Shown one piece after another: positions 55,812 through 56,722 of a DNA stretch of 56,722 nucleotides. A program made the translations under genes and the position numbers. This DNA comes from a virus (Duplodnaviria; Caudoviricetes), in the IMG/VR virus record IMGVR_UViG_3300031519_010435, positions 1 to 56,722 of that record; one strand, given 5' to 3'. Below the pieces are notes generated by a model. It saw only the letters and a list, made by a program, of their open reading frames with translations. It was not told the origin of the DNA and ran no database searches. Position 1 is the stretch's first letter; each line of letters starts with the position of its first letter.

Positions 55812-55879
55812 GGTGTAATTAAGTATGTGGAATATTATTTTTCTTTATTTCTTTGCACTTTCTTAATAGCCTGTCTTCT

Positions 55880-56122
55880 ATGGGAAATAATAAAATAGAG
55901 ACTGAATACTCAAAGACATTAAAAAATCATATATGTTTAATTTCTGAAGAATTATTTTTTTTCGCAACAACAAAAGAAGAGATGATTTCAGTTCGTGACA
56001 GAATAGGTTTTTGCACAGAAGAATTATCTTTTTGGGTAGAGCAGAATAATCCTAACAGATACGAGTCGTCTCTAAAATCTCTCCTTGCTTGGCTTTTAGA
56101 AAAGTACGAAGAAGGTTTTTAA
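55880..56122 (+). CDS. hypothetical protein
   Basis: ORF; ATG 55880 preferred over TTG 55853. Confidence 0.45.
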   Translation: MGNNKIETEYSKTLKNHICLISEELFFFATTKEEMISVRDRIGFCTEELSFWVEQNNPNRYESSLKSLLAWLLEKYEEGF

Positions 56123-56136
56123 AAAATATTTTCTTC

Positions 56137-56165
56137 TTGACAGGTTGTCTTTTTTTTAGTAATGT
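56137..56165 (+). promoter_or_regulatory. sigma70-like promoter, leaderless
   Basis: TTGACA(56137)-N17-TAATGT(56160), then 6 nt to ATG 56172. Confidence 0.6.
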
Positions 56166-56232
56166 TGCATTATGAATAAAAAATACCAAATAAATACATC
56201 AGATCAAGAAAAATTTTTGGAGTTGATTAAAA

Positions 56233-56349
56233 ATGGGTGAAGTAAAAGAATTGTGGGGTCTGTCATGGTCAGATTGTTTTACCTTGACATTTATATTAAT
56301 GGCACTTTATACTTATAAAGTTTGGATAGATAATAAATTTAAAAAATGA
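56233..56349 (+). CDS. 38-aa single-TM peptide
   Basis: MGEVKELWGLSWSDCFTLTFILMALYTYKVW..., ATGA-coupled to the next ORF. Confidence 0.45.
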   Translation: MGEVKELWGLSWSDCFTLTFILMALYTYKVWIDNKFKK

Positions 56350-56474
56350 TAAAGTTAATTAAAAGTTGGATTCATAAGTTTATTTATAGAAAAAAAGTTG
56401 ATCGTGCGATAAAAGATTGTATGATTAAAAATGAAAGAGTCCTAGACTTAATAAGAGATAACAAGAGCGACTAA
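56346..56474 (+). CDS. 42-aa hypothetical protein
   Basis: ATGA overlap with the previous ORF. Confidence 0.4.
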   Translation: MIKLIKSWIHKFIYRKKVDRAIKDCMIKNERVLDLIRDNKSD

Positions 56475-56581
56475 TTAAAATAAATACTTGTGTTAATAAA
56501 TTGCTTCAATATAATATGCCTTCTATTGTGCGGTGCATGGTACTTCACTTGGGTATATCAAATATTAAAATATATAATTAA

Positions 56582-56722
56582 ATGAAAATACAATTAGGAT
56601 TACGAGGAAGCTCAGATACATTTAACCATGTCATCGTTAAAATAGATGACCTCATGCTTATGAATACTGAGAATTTATTTTTGAGTGGGCAAGAATATAG
56701 AACTAAGACAGGAAGAAGTTTA
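56582..56722 (+). CDS. hypothetical protein, 3'-truncated by the window end
   Basis: MKIQLGLRGSSD... is open to the end, downstream of a TATAAT at about 56510. Confidence 0.5.
   Translation, partial: MKIQLGLRGSSDTFNHVIVKIDDLMLMNTENLFLSGQEYRTKTGRSL

Noticed and set aside
1-56722. Stop-codon reassignment
   Set aside because: Conserved genes are full length under code 11; TAA, TAG and TGA all end genes; no suppressor tRNA
1-56722. Bacterial chromosome or integrated-element interpretation
   Set aside because: No ribosomal or core metabolic operons and no integrase or att site seen; divergent replication genes and runs of tiny co-oriented ORFs fit a large lytic phage better, although structural hallmark genes lie outside the window

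Overview
This window looks like a segment of a large, AT-rich dsDNA bacteriophage genome read with the standard code. Genes are densely packed, mostly on the + strand, and often joined by ATGA/TAATG overlaps. There are no ribosomal or other housekeeping operons, and no capsid or terminase gene falls inside the window. Left arm: the 3' part of a Cys-rich, Pro/Thr-linker protein, several glycosyltransferases (GT7/GT2, GT11-like, GT2, GT4, GT9-like) and a replication/recombination set. That set comprises RecA, DnaB, a DnaG-like primase, PD-(D/E)xK nucleases, a Pol III split into PHP, DnaQ-like exonuclease and DnaE core genes, and SSB-like and Rad52-like proteins; GuaC and a ClpC-type ATPase lie among them. 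Middle: an SHD1-LRR protein, a porin cassette, an HNH nuclease, a C5 DNA methyltransferase, and three sigma-like genes interleaved with a paralogous partner family. Right arm: tmRNA, an accessory cluster (MazG-like, PPase, DUF962, SpeD-like, ATE/Bpt-like transferase), RuvB, UvsE, tRNA-Thr/Cys/Leu and many small ORFs. Two promoter classes are visible, and both often sit just upstream of a start codon (leaderless): sigma70-like TTGAYW-N16-18-TANNNT, and a GTGTA-AT-rich motif that may be phage-specific. The ECF sigma type, the SHD1 domain and the porin suggest a PVC (Verrucomicrobia/Planctomycetes) host, but this is inference. All family assignments come from recognising motifs by eye; no searches were run.
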